This document shows positions 39,671 to 50,788 of a stretch of DNA of 64,000 nt, piece after piece. The translations under genes were made by a program, and so were the position numbers. Within the stretch, counting starts at the first letter, position 1. The number at the start of each line of letters is the position of its first letter. The notes beneath the pieces are model-generated. The model did not search any database, had not been told where the DNA came from, and saw nothing but the letters and a program-made list of their open reading frames with translations. Source of the DNA: a bacterium (GTDB lineage Bacteria; Zhuqueibacterota; Zhuqueibacteria; Residuimicrobiales; Krinioviventaceae); assembly GCA_963693055.1 (NCBI GenBank), contig OY843751.1:2496001-2560000 (forward strand), in the 5' to 3' direction.

Positions 39671-42600
39671 ATGAAAAGAATGAATGGTTATATTATTATT
39701 TTGCTTATTTTTTTTAATGTTGGCTATTGTATTGTACCAGAAAATTTGGAATCTATAAATATTCAATCTTTAAATGGAATATGGAAGTTTAAATTATTTG
39801 CACATAAAGATAGTATTGATTCAGGCTACCAAAACGTTGACTTTGATGATAGGTATTGGGATGATATAGCCGTCCCCGGAAATTGGGATGTTCAGGGTTT
39901 TGAAGAACCTCAATATGGAACACCGGAAGTAAATGCAAATGGAGTTTATCGCAAGTTTTTTCATCTTCCTCAGGCCTGGGCTGAAAAACATATTATACTT
40001 TATACGGAAGCGGTTTCTTTTGGATACGAGTTGTGGATTAATGGCCATCGTGTTGGCAGCTTTATTAGTTCATTTCAAAGGGCAGAGTTTGACCTGACAG
40101 AGCATATTCGTTTTGAGAGTGAGAATTGTATTGTTATTCGTGTTTATCGAGATCATTACCAAATGCGCTTTGATACAACTGACGACTGGGCCTTTAATGG
40201 AATTTTTAGACATGTTTATTTATATGCTGCTCCATATGCTCACATTGAAGATTTGACAATAAAAACAGAAATTGTCAAAGATTATTCATCAGCAAAGATA
40301 CTCGGGCAAGTTGATGTAAATCATTTTGGTTATGATTCTATTAATGTTAAAGATTTAAATATTGAATTGATTTTATCAAAAGAAAACAGTGTTATTTTTA
40401 AAGAATTATTACCTGTGAATTGGGTAAATGCTAAATATCTACCCTCTAGTCTTTATTTTTCAATACCTGTCGAGTCTCCTGCTTTATGGACAGCCGAAAC
40501 GCCAAATCTCTATGATCTTGAAATTATTCTCAAAAATATTAGTTCTCAACTGCAGACCTTGAAACATAAAGTAGGTATCAGAGAAATTTCAATTGATGGA
40601 TGTGTTTTTAAAATCAATGATGAACCTGTCAAATTACGTGGAGTGTGCTGGCTGGAGGGGCACCCTTTAACAGGACGGGCAATGACCAAGGAATTATGGC
40701 TTCAGGATCTGCAGTTGATGAAAAATGCAAATATTAATGCGATTCGTATGACCCATTGGCCGCCTCCACCTGAATTATTGGACTTTTGTGATCAAATGGG
40801 ATTTTATGTGCTTGATGAAGTACCATTTGATTTTGGTGATGAAAAGTTGAACGATCCCCATTGTTTAGGTGCTTTGCTTGAAAGAGCACAGCGCACAATT
40901 GATCGGGATAAAAATCATCCATCTATAATCATATGGTGTGTTGGAAATGAACACCCATCTACCCGTTATACAACCAAAGTTTCTCAATTTGTAAAAATGC
41001 TTGATGATACACGTCCTATCTTGTTTCCGCATAACAATTGGACAGATGATCCGATGATTTCGGGTATACCTGATTTTATCGATTTTTATGCTCCGCATTA
41101 TAAAGATCCTGATGTCATGATGGGGTATATTAATGAACAATCCTTGCAAAAACCTGTACTTTTTACAGAGTATAACCATTCTCTTGATGTTTCTTTTGGG
41201 GGGCTAGCAGAAAAATGGGAATTGATGGAAAAGTATGAAAAATTTGCTGGTGGAATGATTTGGGTATGGGCTGATCAGGGAATTTATAGAAAAGTCAATG
41301 GAAGAAATGTCATTGACTCGTATAAAGATGTGAATACGATGGCTTTCCATTCAAATGATATTTCCGGAGATATTTGGATTGATGATAACACATTATTGGA
41401 CAGTCATGGGCAATATGGCACTGATGGAATTGTTTATGCTGACCGTAAACTGCAAACGGATTACTGGCAAACACGAAAAGTCTATTCACCTGTCAAAATT
41501 TTGGAATCTGAAAAGATAATAGAAAATGGAATTCAAAATATATCCTTAACTTGTATAAATCGGTATGATTTTATTAACCTTAAAGAGATTTCCTTTGATT
41601 GGAAATTGTTGATTAATAATAAAGTAAAATCATCAGGTTCTGCTCTGATGAATATTGCGCCTCATGATACCGGTATTGTTAATATTCCATTATTATTTGA
41701 AAGTATTGATAATAATGATGAAATGTTATTAGAATGTACTGTAACGGATTATAATGATCGCCAAATATATGAACACTCTGTCCGATTATTACCAGAGCCC
41801 ATAAATCCCAATTATATTCAAAGATTAAATATTGCCAAACAAATTCAACAATCAAATGATATTACAAAGCAAATAGAGTTTCCTGAAAAGATCAATATTA
41901 ATGATCATTTTTTTGTTTCATTCAAAGAAGATCTTTTAATCCTTAAAAAAGATGATGAAATTATTTTTTCCGGTCCTTTTTTAAGAGTTGGGAGGAATAT
42001 TACTCTTGCAGAAAGACGCAAGTTTGAAAATACATTATGGGAACCGGAAATATTGGAGAAATCTAGATTAATCAATAAAAAATGTCTATATGATAATGAT
42101 ATTTATAAGCTTTACTTAAATTATGAGTTTACCCGCCCTAACACGAATGAAAAATTGAATCTTGAACTTTTAGTTAATGTCTTACCTGAAGGATTAATTC
42201 GATTTAATTATTCAATTACCCCTCATCAATGTACTGGTTTTGCTCTTGAACTTGGTTTGGCATTACAAATACCCACAAAATATTCAAATGTTTCATGGCT
42301 GGGAGATGGCCCGTACCCATCATATCCTGAAAAATCTGAATTGTCTGAACGAGGGTTCTTTACTAAAACACCAAAAAGCTTATATTTTAATGGAAACCAT
42401 ATGAATGTTGATTTGACCTTGTTTCATGATTCAAAAGATGTTGGCTTTGCTATGTTTTTTAATCAGGCAAATGCAAGGTGGGACCTAAAAGACTATCTGT
42501 ACTTTACCCATAATCTATTGGTTGCTGGTTATGGTACTAAATTTTACAAATCAAAAGTTACTATAGACATGTCTAAATTGTCTGCTGCCTCCGGAGATTT

Positions 42601-42673
42601 TTTATTATCTGTTTTTGACAAAGATAATTATCCCCAAATTTTACAAAAATATTTTTCAGATACTGAATTTTAA
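39671..42673 (+). CDS. GH2 beta-galactosidase-like glycoside hydrolase
   Basis: LNGIWKF, VPGNW, LWTAETPNLY, NAIRMTH, RDKNHPSIIIWCVGNE, TEYNH, WVWADQ. Confidence 0.9.
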   Translation: MKRMNGYIIILLIFFNVGYCIVPENLESINIQSLNGIWKFKLFAHKDSIDSGYQNVDFDDRYWDDIAVPGNWDVQGFEEPQYGTPEVNANGVYRKFFHLPQAWAEKHIILYTEAVSFGYELWINGHRVGSFISSFQRAEFDLTEHIRFESENCIVIRVYRDHYQMRFDTTDDWAFNGIFRHVYLYAAPYAHIEDLTIKTEIVKDYSSAKILGQVDVNHFGYDSINVKDLNIELILSKENSVIFKELLPVNWVNAKYLPSSLYFSIPVESPALWTAETPNLYDLEIILKNISSQLQTLKHKVGIREISIDGCVFKINDEPVKLRGVCWLEGHPLTGRAMTKELWLQDLQLMKNANINAIRMTHWPPPPELLDFCDQMGFYVLDEVPFDFGDEKLNDPHCLGALLERAQRTIDRDKNHPSIIIWCVGNEHPSTRYTTKVSQFVKMLDDTRPILFPHNNWTDDPMISGIPDFIDFYAPHYKDPDVMMGYINEQSLQKPVLFTEYNHSLDVSFGGLAEKWELMEKYEKFAGGMIWVWADQGIYRKVNGRNVIDSYKDVNTMAFHSNDISGDIWIDDNTLLDSHGQYGTDGIVYADRKLQTDYWQTRKVYSPVKILESEKIIENGIQNISLTCINRYDFINLKEISFDWKLLINNKVKSSGSALMNIAPHDTGIVNIPLLFESIDNNDEMLLECTVTDYNDRQIYEHSVRLLPEPINPNYIQRLNIAKQIQQSNDITKQIEFPEKININDHFFVSFKEDLLILKKDDEIIFSGPFLRVGRNITLAERRKFENTLWEPEILEKSRLINKKCLYDNDIYKLYLNYEFTRPNTNEKLNLELLVNVLPEGLIRFNYSITPHQCTGFALELGLALQIPTKYSNVSWLGDGPYPSYPEKSELSERGFFTKTPKSLYFNGNHMNVDLTLFHDSKDVGFAMFFNQANARWDLKDYLYFTHNLLVAGYGTKFYKSKVTIDMSKLSAASGDFLLSVFDKDNYPQILQKYFSDTEF

Positions 42674-42726
42674 TTTTCTAGAAATGTAGTAAAACTCCTC
42701 CCAAATTAATACCCTTAATTCACAAA

Positions 42727-42761
42727 GAATATCCGGGTTTCAGGAATGAGCCCGGATATTC
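42727..42761. terminator. terminator-like hairpin
   Basis: gaatatccggg...cccggatattc. Confidence 0.5.
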
Positions 42762-42838
42762 AATTGTCTAATCTTAAACTAAATTTAATCTTTCTAAATA
42801 TCATTGAAAAAGTGTTGTATTTTTAGGAGGATTATTTT

Positions 42839-44693
42839 ATGCATAATCTTTTAAATTTTTTTCTGTTGATTTTAATTGCATCTTTTTCATTTACTGGTTG
42901 TGAAGAAAGCTGGGATAATATGCTTGCAGAGCAGGAACAAACAGAAAATGTTGATGATTCCGGAACCGGAAATAATGATGATTTTACAAAATCTTTAGAT
43001 ACGGTTCTAGATGCCAATTGTGCTAATCATGAAGAGTTGACAGATTATATTGCAAGTAATACTGAAGCAATTAATTTTGTTTAATCTCAAGATAATACCA
43101 TTGTAAATATTAGTGATGTAACTATTAATGCAAATTCTGTAACAATAAATAGTGCCGGTGTATACAATTTATCCGGTACGCTTTCAGATGGTCAGGTAGT
43201 AGTTAATACCCAAGATCATGAAACAGTTTGGCTGTTATTAAATGGCGTAGATATTTCCAATTCATCTAGTGCTCCTTTATATATTGAAAACGCAGAGAAA
43301 ACTGTAATTATAATAGTTGATGATACTGAAAACAAATTTTCAGATCCATCAACATATGTTTTCCCCGATACTGAAACTGATAAACCCAATGCTACAATTT
43401 TCAGCAAGGATGATCTTACAATATTTGGCAATGGTTCTTTAATTGTTATGCAAATTATAATGATGCAATAACAAGCAAAGATGGTTTGATTTAAAAAAGA
43501 TGGAAATATAACTATTACTTCAGTTGATGATGGAATTCGCGGTAAAGATTATTTGATTGTCAATGACGGCAATTATAATATAGATGAAGGAGGCGATGGC
43601 CTGAAATCAGATGATGATTCTGATTCAACAAAAGGTTATATATATTGAAAGTGGTGATTTTGATATTTCTGCTGATGGTGATGCAATAAGTGCAGAAACG
43701 GATGTACTTGTTACAGATAGTGATTTTAATATTATCTCAGGTGGAGGAAGCAGCCATAATGTATCAAGCAGTGTTTCTGCCAAAGGAATTAAAGGCATAG
43801 TAAATGTTATTATTAATGGTGAAAATTTTGTAATCAATTCGGCTGATGATGCAATTCATTCTAATGGAAATATTGCAGTAAATGGTGGTCAATTCAGTAT
43901 ATCATCCGATGATGATGGTATACACGCAGGTCAAGCTTTGACCATCAATGATGGAGAAAATGATATTCAAAATCTTATGACGGAATAGAAAGTACAGTTA
44001 TTACAATCAACGGGGAAACATTTATCTTGTTTCAAGTGATAATGGATTAAATGTCGCAGGTGGATCAGATGGATCCGGAAATGGTGGATACCCAGGAGGT
44101 GGGGGACCTGGTGGTGGCTCAGGATCTAATTCGAATTATTATCTTTCTATGAATGTGGATTTATTGGTATTGTTGTAACTGAAGATGGGATGGATATGAA
44201 TGGAAATATCACTATGACAGGTGGAAAAATTATTGTACATGGTCCAACATCCAGTGCTAATGGTGCTTTGGATTATGATCTTTCATACAAGATGAATGGC
44301 GGATTATTAGCTGTAGCCGGCAGCTCCGCAATGGCCCAGGCACCTGGTACCAATTCATCACAATATTCTTTATTAATAAATTTTCGATCAATAAATAATG
44401 CGGCTACAGTTTTTCATATTCAAAACAGTTCAGGAGCAAATGTGTTAACCTTTGAACCACAGAAAAGATACAATTCAGTTGCATTCTCTTCGTCTTTATT
44501 AACAAAAGGAGAGACATTTACAGTTTATACAGGTGGTAGTTCTACCGGTTCACCAAACTTGGGATATTATGAGGATGGCAGCTATATCGCAGGTACTCAA
44601 GTAACAACTTTTACAGTTTCAAGTACAGTAACAAAAATTACAATTTATGCCACAATCTTTATTTTATATTTATTAGAAAGGTCTTATGTCTAG
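42839..44693 (+). pseudogene. fragmented beta-helix carbohydrate-binding lipoprotein (DUF4353/Cthe_2159-like)
   Basis: Lipoprotein start FTGC; fragments TINSAGVYNLSGTL, AIHSNG, DDGIH, MDMNG.I...GG, GALDYD spread over several frames with stops. Confidence 0.75.
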
Positions 44694-45406
44694 TTTTTGT
44701 AATGATATTTGATAATACACCAAATTGCCCATATTCCATCTCTCCAGGATATTTTTTTCCCGGAATTATATGTGCGAGGTTGATAAGATATATCTACTTC
44801 TTTGATTCTAATCCCAGCAATTTTTGATAGTTTTGCAGTAATTTCAGGCTCAAAGCCAAAGCGATTTTCCCGGATGGTTATGTTTTCCATGTATTTAGTT
44901 TTAACAAGTTTGTAACAAGTTTCCATATCTGATAAATGATTACCTGAAAACACATTTGAAAAAATTGTTAAAAAACGATTTGCAATATAATGCAATGTGC
45001 ATTTGTTTTGTTTTCTATTTTTAGAGAACCTTGAACCATATACAACATCTGCCTTGTTTTCAAGTATTGGTTCAAGTAAATTGTTAAATTCATTCGGATT
45101 ATATTCAAGATCGGCATCTTGTAAAATAAAATATTCCCCGGAGACTGCTTTAATTCCTGTTTGAATCGCAGCACCTTTGCCCCGATTAATTTCGTGTGAG
45201 AAAATTATCAGATCATGATTTTTATATTGGTACAAAAGCTTTTTTGTATTATCAGTAGAGCCGTCATCAACAACAATAATTTCAAGTTCTATATCATCAA
45301 AAAGCTTGATGGATGCTACTTTGTCAATGATTTGAATTAATGTATTGCCTTCGTTATATGTTGGAATAATTACTGATAATTTTTTTATCATTATTATTTG
45401 TTCCAT
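44690..45406 (-). CDS. GT2 glycosyltransferase (DPM1-like)
   Basis: IIPTYNE, VDDGSTD, NRGKG, QDADLEY, VYGSRF, DMETCYK. Confidence 0.92.
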   Translation of the reverse strand: MEQIIMIKKLSVIIPTYNEGNTLIQIIDKVASIKLFDDIELEIIVVDDGSTDNTKKLLYQYKNHDLIIFSHEINRGKGAAIQTGIKAVSGEYFILQDADLEYNPNEFNNLLEPILENKADVVYGSRFSKNRKQNKCTLHYIANRFLTIFSNVFSGNHLSDMETCYKLVKTKYMENITIRENRFGFEPEITAKLSKIAGIRIKEVDISYQPRTYNSGKKISWRDGIWAIWCIIKYHYKN

Positions 45407-45485
45407 TTAACAAGAAGCACATATTGGTATTACTACAATTCAAAGCGATTTTTTTAAATGAAACAATGTGCCAGCTTGAACAGAA

Positions 45486-47342
45486 TTAATGGTCTCGTGA
45501 ATATTCTGCTGCCTGAATATTTCTTTGGGCTTGTTCATTACCCGGTTCTAGCCTTAAAAAGTCATTCCAAATTTTTATAGCATTATCATATTCCTTTAAA
45601 TGGTAATATGACAAGCCCAAATTCATTAATGCCTGTTTATTACCCGGTTCAAGTTCTATAGACTTGGCGAGGTAACGGTTTGCCCGTTGGTATTGCTTAC
45701 GCAATAACAAGAGGCTGCCCAAATTACGCAGAGCATCTGGTCGGTCCGGCTCTAATTGAATTACTTTGTTAAAAGCTTCATATGCATCGTCATAGTTTTT
45801 CATTTTGAGATTTGCAATACCCAAATTATAAAAAGCATTAGCGTTGCCCGGATTTTGATAAACAGCCTGTTTACCCCAAAATACTGAACGTTCAGGATTC
45901 CCTTCGATGAGATATGATAACGCCAGATTATAATACTCGTTAGAATCAGTAAATGCACGTAATTGATAATTAGTAAATTTAGTTTGTCCTGCGAATAGTA
46001 ATAACAAAACAACAAAGAGAATAATATGTTTTTTAGTGAGTTTATTATAAACGTCAAGTAAACTCCATATACCAACAGAAGTCAATATTATCAGAAAAGG
46101 CATTGCAGCCATTCGGTACCGTGAAGCCATAAAGAAAATTATTATACTCAGAGAAATTGCAAGAATAGTAGCAAACATTAACCAATATTTTCTCCATTGT
46201 GGTGCAAGAACAATTATACCTATAATTGCAAATGGCATATAGAATATCAGGTTGAAAATAGGTATTTTTAACATAGGTGTTTGCTTTTGATGAAAATAAT
46301 AGTTGTAATTCAAAGGAGTTTCATAAGAAGACCAGAAAAGGGCGGTCTTTTTGAGCATCAATGCTGACCATTTTATTGGATGATGCAATATAAAAGAAAA
46401 TGATTTTTTGTACCAAAAAAAAGATACCTGATTTAATGTTAATTCTTTTCCTGTCTCTGCTTCTGCAAATTGTTTAGATTGCTCAAGATTAATTGCGCTA
46501 ACACTTGCATCAAGTCCTTCCGGAGCCTCCCAGGCACCACTTGCATTTTCATGATTACCAATAAAAAAGTTGATACCACCATGTGTAGTAAGAATTGAAA
46601 AGGAATCTCCCGCAATTTTATTATGTATTCCGGTAAGTAAAAGCGGTATTGCCAAACCTATAAATAAAAGTAAAGAGGGGAGAGCCGCTTTTTTTAAATT
46701 TTCTCTTTGAGTGAGATAATAATAAATAAATGGAATGGGGACTAACAACAACAGGTTGGGTCTGCTGGTTATGGCAAGTGCAAGTGATAAACCTGATAAA
46801 AATGAAATGAAAAGTGAAAAGCGATTTTTTGTTGTTGTTAATAAAAGGTAAATACTGCTAACCGTAAAAAAAGTTGCCATAGAGGTACCAACTAGATTAC
46901 TCTCATAAAACATAAATGGCATATAAACCGCAGCAAGAATACCTGCAAGAACACTTTTTCTTTTATCAAAATACTTGTTTGCTATACCATATGTCATCAA
47001 TGCCGTGAGTGCACCAGCTGCAAATTGTATAACACGTATTGTATTGATATAATAGCCAAAGATAGTGTAAATTAAAGCAAGAAAATAAATATAAAATGGA
47101 GAAATATAAAAGGGCTGATCCAGAATTATACTTTTGTCAATAACACTGTTCGCCAATTTGTTAAACAATGCAGAGTCATGGATCAATCTACCATAAACCG
47201 GGTTTGTATCCTGAAATTGAAAAAAATAAATAACTCTAAATAGTATTGCAACAGCAAGTATAACCAAACTCCAGGGTATATTGTGTTTGGTTTTGTTGAT
47301 TTCAACGCCTTTAGATTTTTGTTGTAGATTCTTTTTGCTCAT
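45486..47342 (-). CDS. membrane GT-C/PMT-like glycosyltransferase with C-terminal TPR repeats
   Basis: Multiple TM helices, PFYIYFL, RPN, GGINFFIGN, SRYR; TPR motifs YNLG, NLG. Confidence 0.75.
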   Translation of the reverse strand: MSKKNLQQKSKGVEINKTKHNIPWSLVILAVAILFRVIYFFQFQDTNPVYGRLIHDSALFNKLANSVIDKSIILDQPFYISPFYIYFLALIYTIFGYYINTIRVIQFAAGALTALMTYGIANKYFDKRKSVLAGILAAVYMPFMFYESNLVGTSMATFFTVSSIYLLLTTTKNRFSLFISFLSGLSLALAITSRPNLLLLVPIPFIYYYLTQRENLKKAALPSLLLFIGLAIPLLLTGIHNKIAGDSFSILTTHGGINFFIGNHENASGAWEAPEGLDASVSAINLEQSKQFAEAETGKELTLNQVSFFWYKKSFSFILHHPIKWSALMLKKTALFWSSYETPLNYNYYFHQKQTPMLKIPIFNLIFYMPFAIIGIIVLAPQWRKYWLMFATILAISLSIIIFFMASRYRMAAMPFLIILTSVGIWSLLDVYNKLTKKHIILFVVLLLLFAGQTKFTNYQLRAFTDSNEYYNLALSYLIEGNPERSVFWGKQAVYQNPGNANAFYNLGIANLKMKNYDDAYEAFNKVIQLEPDRPDALRNLGSLLLLRKQYQRANRYLAKSIELEPGNKQALMNLGLSYYHLKEYDNAIKIWNDFLRLEPGNEQAQRNIQAAEYSRDH

Positions 47343-47431
47343 TACCGTTGTAACTCCGTTGTATATTCATTTTATCAGCTAAAAATACAAAGGCTAAAAT
47401 GTTAATTCAAGAACAATTTGCATTTTTGATA

Positions 47432-47467
47432 AAAAAAAACGGGTTGGTCTACACCAACCCGTTTTTT
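47432..47467. terminator. intrinsic terminator after second TBDR cassette
   Basis: aaaaaaacgggttgg-tctaca-ccaacccgtttttt. Confidence 0.75.
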
Positions 47468-47479
47468 AGGGTAATTGGG

Positions 47480-48553
47480 TTAAAAATCCATGCTAAGAGA
47501 ATAAACATGGACAGCATCAAACAAGGTATCACCAGTATCCTTGAATGCATAATCCAGACGGAAATCGCCTTGTGGCAGATTTAAATTAAAACCTGCACCC
47601 AGGGTCAAACCTTCTGAAGAGTAATTGAATTTATAGCCCGCGCGAACATACAACATTTTGTTCAAAGAATATTCCAAACCGGTATTAAGCTGTTCACTCC
47701 AATCATGAGGATGTAAATAATCAATATTTACTCTCAGATCCATACCTTCTTTTTCTTTGTTCAACAGTTCAAAAACGCTGGCTGTTGTAGCGATGCGAAA
47801 AGTCAATGGAATGTCATATGATTCTGCTTCATATTTAACTTCCTGACCAAAGTTACGAATACTCATCGCAATTGTAAGATTACGGAATCCAGTATTATAC
47901 ATGGTACCGATATCAAAGGCAATTACACCCTTGTTAGCTTTGTGATTTTCCTGAACCCAACCATTATCAGTTTCATAAGCGATACGTGATGAAACGCCTG
48001 TACCACCCAAAAGATCCTGGTACGCATATTTAAACTGACCACCAATTGCAAATTGAGAAGAAATTTGGCGGGCATATCCAACACCCAGAACATATTCAGA
48101 GGGTTCGAGAGTACCGATATCATTATAACCGGCTTCATTTGTTGCAATTTCAGTAGCTTGAATTGGATCACCATAATCAAAAAACATAGCACTAATACCA
48201 AATGTACCAATGTTTTCAAAAGTCATGGCTGCAGCACCATAATTCAATTTGGTATCCATAATCCAGTTATTGCTACCAATCATAACAGAGTATTTATCTA
48301 CAAACGCCAAGCCAGCCGGATTGTAAAAGAGTGCAGAGGCGTCATGAACTTCTGCTGCGCCTGCATCTCCCATTGCCATCATTCTGCCACCAGCACCGGC
48401 AGCTAAAAACGGCATGGCTGCTTGACCTGCTCGTTGCCATCCTTCTAAGTCATCAATTCTACCTGCTCCATAAGGTTCAACTTGTGCGAAACTCGGAACA
48501 GATAGGGTCAGAAGCAATGTAAGAACAAGCGAAAACCGAATAAAAGTCTTCAT
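47480..48553 (-). CDS. PorV/PorQ-family outer-membrane beta-barrel
   Basis: FLAAGAGGRMMAMGDA, LFYNPAGL, YVRAGY, DYA, terminal Phe; paralog of 15340-16365. Confidence 0.85.
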   Translation of the reverse strand: MKTFIRFSLVLTLLLTLSVPSFAQVEPYGAGRIDDLEGWQRAGQAAMPFLAAGAGGRMMAMGDAGAAEVHDASALFYNPAGLAFVDKYSVMIGSNNWIMDTKLNYGAAAMTFENIGTFGISAMFFDYGDPIQATEIATNEAGYNDIGTLEPSEYVLGVGYARQISSQFAIGGQFKYAYQDLLGGTGVSSRIAYETDNGWVQENHKANKGVIAFDIGTMYNTGFRNLTIAMSIRNFGQEVKYEAESYDIPLTFRIATTASVFELLNKEKEGMDLRVNIDYLHPHDWSEQLNTGLEYSLNKMLYVRAGYKFNYSSEGLTLGAGFNLNLPQGDFRLDYAFKDTGDTLFDAVHVYSLSMDF

Positions 48554-48606
48554 TGTTCGTCTCCTATTAAATTCTATTGATATCTTATTCATTCGTTAAT
48601 CCTGTA

Positions 48607-50727
48607 TTATCGAATGATTACCAATTTACCTTTCGCAACCTCGCCTTCCAGCGGACCTGCAGTAACTTCGATGGTGTAAAAATACACACCTGAAGCAGGG
48701 TATACATTATAATCCGTTATAATGGGTGACCAACGTTCATCACCTGAACCGCTGGTATGGTTCAAAGTTTTGATTTTGGCGCCCATTGAATTATAAATGT
48801 TGATTTCGCATTTTTCAGGCAGGTTTACGAATAATACTGTATTCTGTTCACGACGTCCGCCATCATAATTAAAGCCGGTAGAATTATGAGGTTGACTTTC
48901 TGAATAATTATTACCTTTAACATTAATGGGGTTTGGCACAACACGAACCTTGTCAGCCCAATCACCCGTTGATACAGGGGTACGGTAAGGGATTACCTCT
49001 TTGTTAATACGTGTAAAGAAAGGATTGCTTTCCAAACCATTAGCATCAACTGAGACGATATTATAAAAGTAACTGTTACCACGAACCAAACCTGGATCTT
49101 CAAATGTAGTTTCGGTAGTTTCTTCGTGCATGTTATAAACTCGTGCGTTATCTATACCACCAATTGCACGATAAATACGATATTTTTCTGCACCTGGAAC
49201 AGCATCCCAAGTGATTGTTGCCATTTCCGGTCCAGAAGTCATTTTAATATTGGTTGGCGGATCAGGAAGACGTGGTGCGGTTAGTCCATCCTGTGTGTAC
49301 AGTTTTTTTGCCAGTTCAAATTTAGCAAAAAGATCGTCACGTCCTGTTTCATAGATCTCTTTTTTAGCGTCAGCAAGAGCTATTGTACCCTTTTTTACGC
49401 CATCACCCAATTCAATAGCTCTGGCTTCTGAAACTGATCCAACAGCATAAGCTACAACGACCTTGATTTCGTCATTAGCTGCCATATTTAAGGGACCAAT
49501 TCCAAACATAGGATCATAATTGGGTTGACCTTCAGCAAGTTCCTGATAAGGATCATCCGAAAAACCATCCATATACATGGGGTTTCCGTCTGCACCAGTC
49601 ATCAGATTCCAGGCCTGGCCCATGTCATCACCATTTACAGGGGATTTAACATTTTTGTACAACTGATAACGAAAAGTTGCAGGTTGTGACGGATCGTCAC
49701 CACCACCTGGAGTGGATTCGACTTCAATAAAGCACATACCACATATTTCCGGAGCCATAAATTCACCGGTTGGTAAATCAGCGGTATAATTTGGACCACC
49801 TCGTGGATCAAATTGATCATCACCGCTAATATCTGCAGCATCGCCGTCCCATGTCCAGAAATACCGTGTTTGTGGATCATATTCCAACAACCAATCAACT
49901 TCACCATTGTATTCGAGATCATCACCACCAAATTCAGACCAGTCATAGGGGGGGGCAATCAAATTTCTTGCTCCCAACCATAAATCTGAAAAAGTTTGGC
50001 CAGGCTTCTCAATGTCTGGTAATTGAAAATTACATTCACCGCTATTTTTGATTGTTGTTTCATAAATCAAAATACGGTTGTAATCGGGATGTGACCAACC
50101 GTAAACAGTACATTTGAATTCGAGACCAATAGGGTCACTCCATTCGGCTGTTACTTGTCCGTCGGCAGTAAGGTCACCATCAACTGTCCAATCATTACCA
50201 AAAGGATTGAAAGCAATAGGTGTTTGGACCGTTCCATCAACAGAGATCTCTGGCATATCAACACGATTGTATAATATCGGTGTTGCATATTTGGGGGTAT
50301 TGACCAAAGAGCTCAAAGTCACAGGGCCATTGTCATTAACAAAAACGTCGTACAATTTTCCTGGTTCATAAACAGCTTCGGCACCAATCGGACCCCATTT
50401 AGTGGCCTCTGGTGCTTGCCAGTTTGTTGCACCAGCCCACCAGCCAAAATGACCCGTAATAGGTTTACCATTGCCTGAAGTATGGCCTACACTGTTGATA
50501 TCGGCACCATGGTAGCCAATATCATTAGCATAATCTGGCCATGGCTGCCAGTTTTGCCAGAGGTTGGGGTGAATTTGTCCGTTTGAAGTAATACCGGACA
50601 CCCATGAAGCACCCTGGGCATCAATAGCCCAAGTTAACTCACCTACCAGTACATATCTTTGAACCTGTGCGTTAGCTATCGTGGCTAAAAACATCACAGA
50701 TAGTAGTATAATTAAAAGCTTTTTCAC
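48607..50727 (-). CDS. secreted TBDR-partner protein with Fn3-like and C-terminal sorting-like domain
   Basis: Signal peptide (GTG start, GGAGG); KYRIYR...YFYNIVSVD; VVPNP...FVNLP...SGVYFY...GKLVIIR. Confidence 0.75.
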   Translation of the reverse strand: MKKLLIILLSVMFLATIANAQVQRYVLVGELTWAIDAQGASWVSGITSNGQIHPNLWQNWQPWPDYANDIGYHGADINSVGHTSGNGKPITGHFGWWAGATNWQAPEATKWGPIGAEAVYEPGKLYDVFVNDNGPVTLSSLVNTPKYATPILYNRVDMPEISVDGTVQTPIAFNPFGNDWTVDGDLTADGQVTAEWSDPIGLEFKCTVYGWSHPDYNRILIYETTIKNSGECNFQLPDIEKPGQTFSDLWLGARNLIAPPYDWSEFGGDDLEYNGEVDWLLEYDPQTRYFWTWDGDAADISGDDQFDPRGGPNYTADLPTGEFMAPEICGMCFIEVESTPGGGDDPSQPATFRYQLYKNVKSPVNGDDMGQAWNLMTGADGNPMYMDGFSDDPYQELAEGQPNYDPMFGIGPLNMAANDEIKVVVAYAVGSVSEARAIELGDGVKKGTIALADAKKEIYETGRDDLFAKFELAKKLYTQDGLTAPRLPDPPTNIKMTSGPEMATITWDAVPGAEKYRIYRAIGGIDNARVYNMHEETTETTFEDPGLVRGNSYFYNIVSVDANGLESNPFFTRINKEVIPYRTPVSTGDWADKVRVVPNPINVKGNNYSESQPHNSTGFNYDGGRREQNTVLFVNLPEKCEINIYNSMGAKIKTLNHTSGSGDERWSPIITDYNVYPASGVYFYTIEVTAGPLEGEVAKGKLVIIR

Positions 50728-50788
50728 AGCTTTGTCCTCCAATTTATTGATTTAGTTATTTAAGCAATACATGAATCTTGTACGACTA

